Notes under the pieces: generated by a model
What the model saw: only the letters and a program-made list of their open reading frames with translations
Databases searched by the model: none
Told to the model about the DNA's origin: nothing
Part shown: piece by piece, positions 63,095-64,000 of the stretch
How the letters are laid out: the number at the start of each line of letters is the position of its first letter
Position numbering within the stretch: position 1 is the first letter of the stretch
Assembly: GCA_028534125.1 (NCBI GenBank)
Contig: CM052817.1
Location: 67,954,001 to 68,018,000, forward strand
Direction of reading: 5' to 3'
DNA length: 64,000 nt
From: Lama glama
Lineage: Eukaryota
Position numbers and translations under genes: made by a program

Positions 63095-63430
63095 ACTATT
63101 TCGCTTGGGCTAATCACTTAAACTCTGTGCCTGTTTCCTCATCTGTAAATCAGGCAAGCTCTGAGCTTTGCCTATTTCACAAGGTGGCTGAAGGGGGAAG
63201 CAGTATGCATAGCAGGGTGAAATTCTGGCTCTGAAACTCAGTAGCTCTGTGCCCTTGGGCAAGTTATAGAGGTTCTTGGAGCCTCAATGTGAAGTGGGCA
63301 GTCTCTACCTTATATGCATACATGACATCTAAAACAGCACCCAGTGTACAACAGATGCTCAAGAAATGGTAGCTATTATTATAGCAGTGCTTTGTAAACC
63401 ACAAAATATAACTGTAAATGCAATGTGTTC
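63095..63430 (+). mobile_element. Nested MIR fragments
   Basis: 'ttgggctaatcacttaaactctgtgcctgtttcctcatctgtaaa' and a second 'ctgtgcccttgggcaagtta...gatgctcaagaaatggtagctattatt'. Confidence 0.75.
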
Positions 63431-63539
63431 ATAATGATAATAGAAATAAAAAGGGAGAAAAATATAGGAACAGACTGGCAGTAGAACAGCACCGGAGTCT
63501 AAAACATACAAGATATGCTTGGAGAGGAGTAATATGACA

Positions 63540-64000
63540 TGTGGAAATCACAGGGTCTGATTTTTATTCTCAAAACTATGAAAAGCCATTGAAGGCATTT
63601 TGAGAAAAACACGACAAGGCAACATCTATGCTTTAGGAAAATGACTGTTTGGAAATACAGAGGATGATATGGAGGAAGAAAAGCCAGAGGCAGGGCAGCA
63701 ACTTGGCTAGGAGACAAGAGGCATGAAATTGAGCCAGAGCAATGGAATGAGGCAGACAGCAGGAGCTGGGAGGAAAGAAGGAGGGCTCGGAGGCTGTCAT
63801 GAGAATCCCAGAGAAGTAAGGGGGAAAACCAGCACCGCACAGGTGTCAAGAACGGAGAGGACAGAGAAACATTTAGATGATCTTCCTGAGTAAAGACAGG
63901 AGAACAGAGGTTCAGTATGATTTCAAGGGCCTGCGTAGGGGGCTAGGAGAATGTTAATTCTATTGTCCAAGAACAAGGGAAGATAACGAATTCAGTTTTG
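63540..64000 (-). mobile_element. L2 relic
   Basis: 'ttttattctcaaaactatgaaaagccattgaaggcattttgag...tgctttaggaaaatgact'. Confidence 0.65.

Overview
Mammalian, repeat-dominated, apparently non-coding genomic DNA. It is probably camelid: six tRNA-derived SINEs resemble the camelid Vic-1 type, and several 5'-truncated L1s carry a cetartiodactyl-type 3' UTR. I found no intact protein-coding gene, functional RNA gene or CRISPR array. The ORF-track hits are L1 ORF1/ORF2 debris, N-gap artefacts or chance ORFs. Main content: a chimeric L1 (0.46-6.2 kb) with a MER44 insertion, an internally deleted L1 with TSDs (12.9-15.0 kb), a near full-length TSD-flanked L1 (34.3-40.3 kb), a fossil Blackjack-type hAT transposase (21.8-23.0 kb), MaLR solo LTRs, MITEs (MER5, MER53, MER91/Zaphod-like, MER8/Tigger2-like), MIR and L2 relics, and two 500-N gaps. 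The most interesting signals are a degenerate ~28-bp array and cluster of TGACA motifs (24.9-25.5 kb), a PBX-HOX/MEIS/octamer-rich candidate enhancer (57.3-57.6 kb), an unusually CpG-rich old MLT1 LTR (41.7-42.3 kb) and candidate minus-strand exons. I cannot support a novel biological system from this sequence. Repeat subfamily names come from recalled consensus sequences, not a database search, and boundaries without TSDs are approximate.
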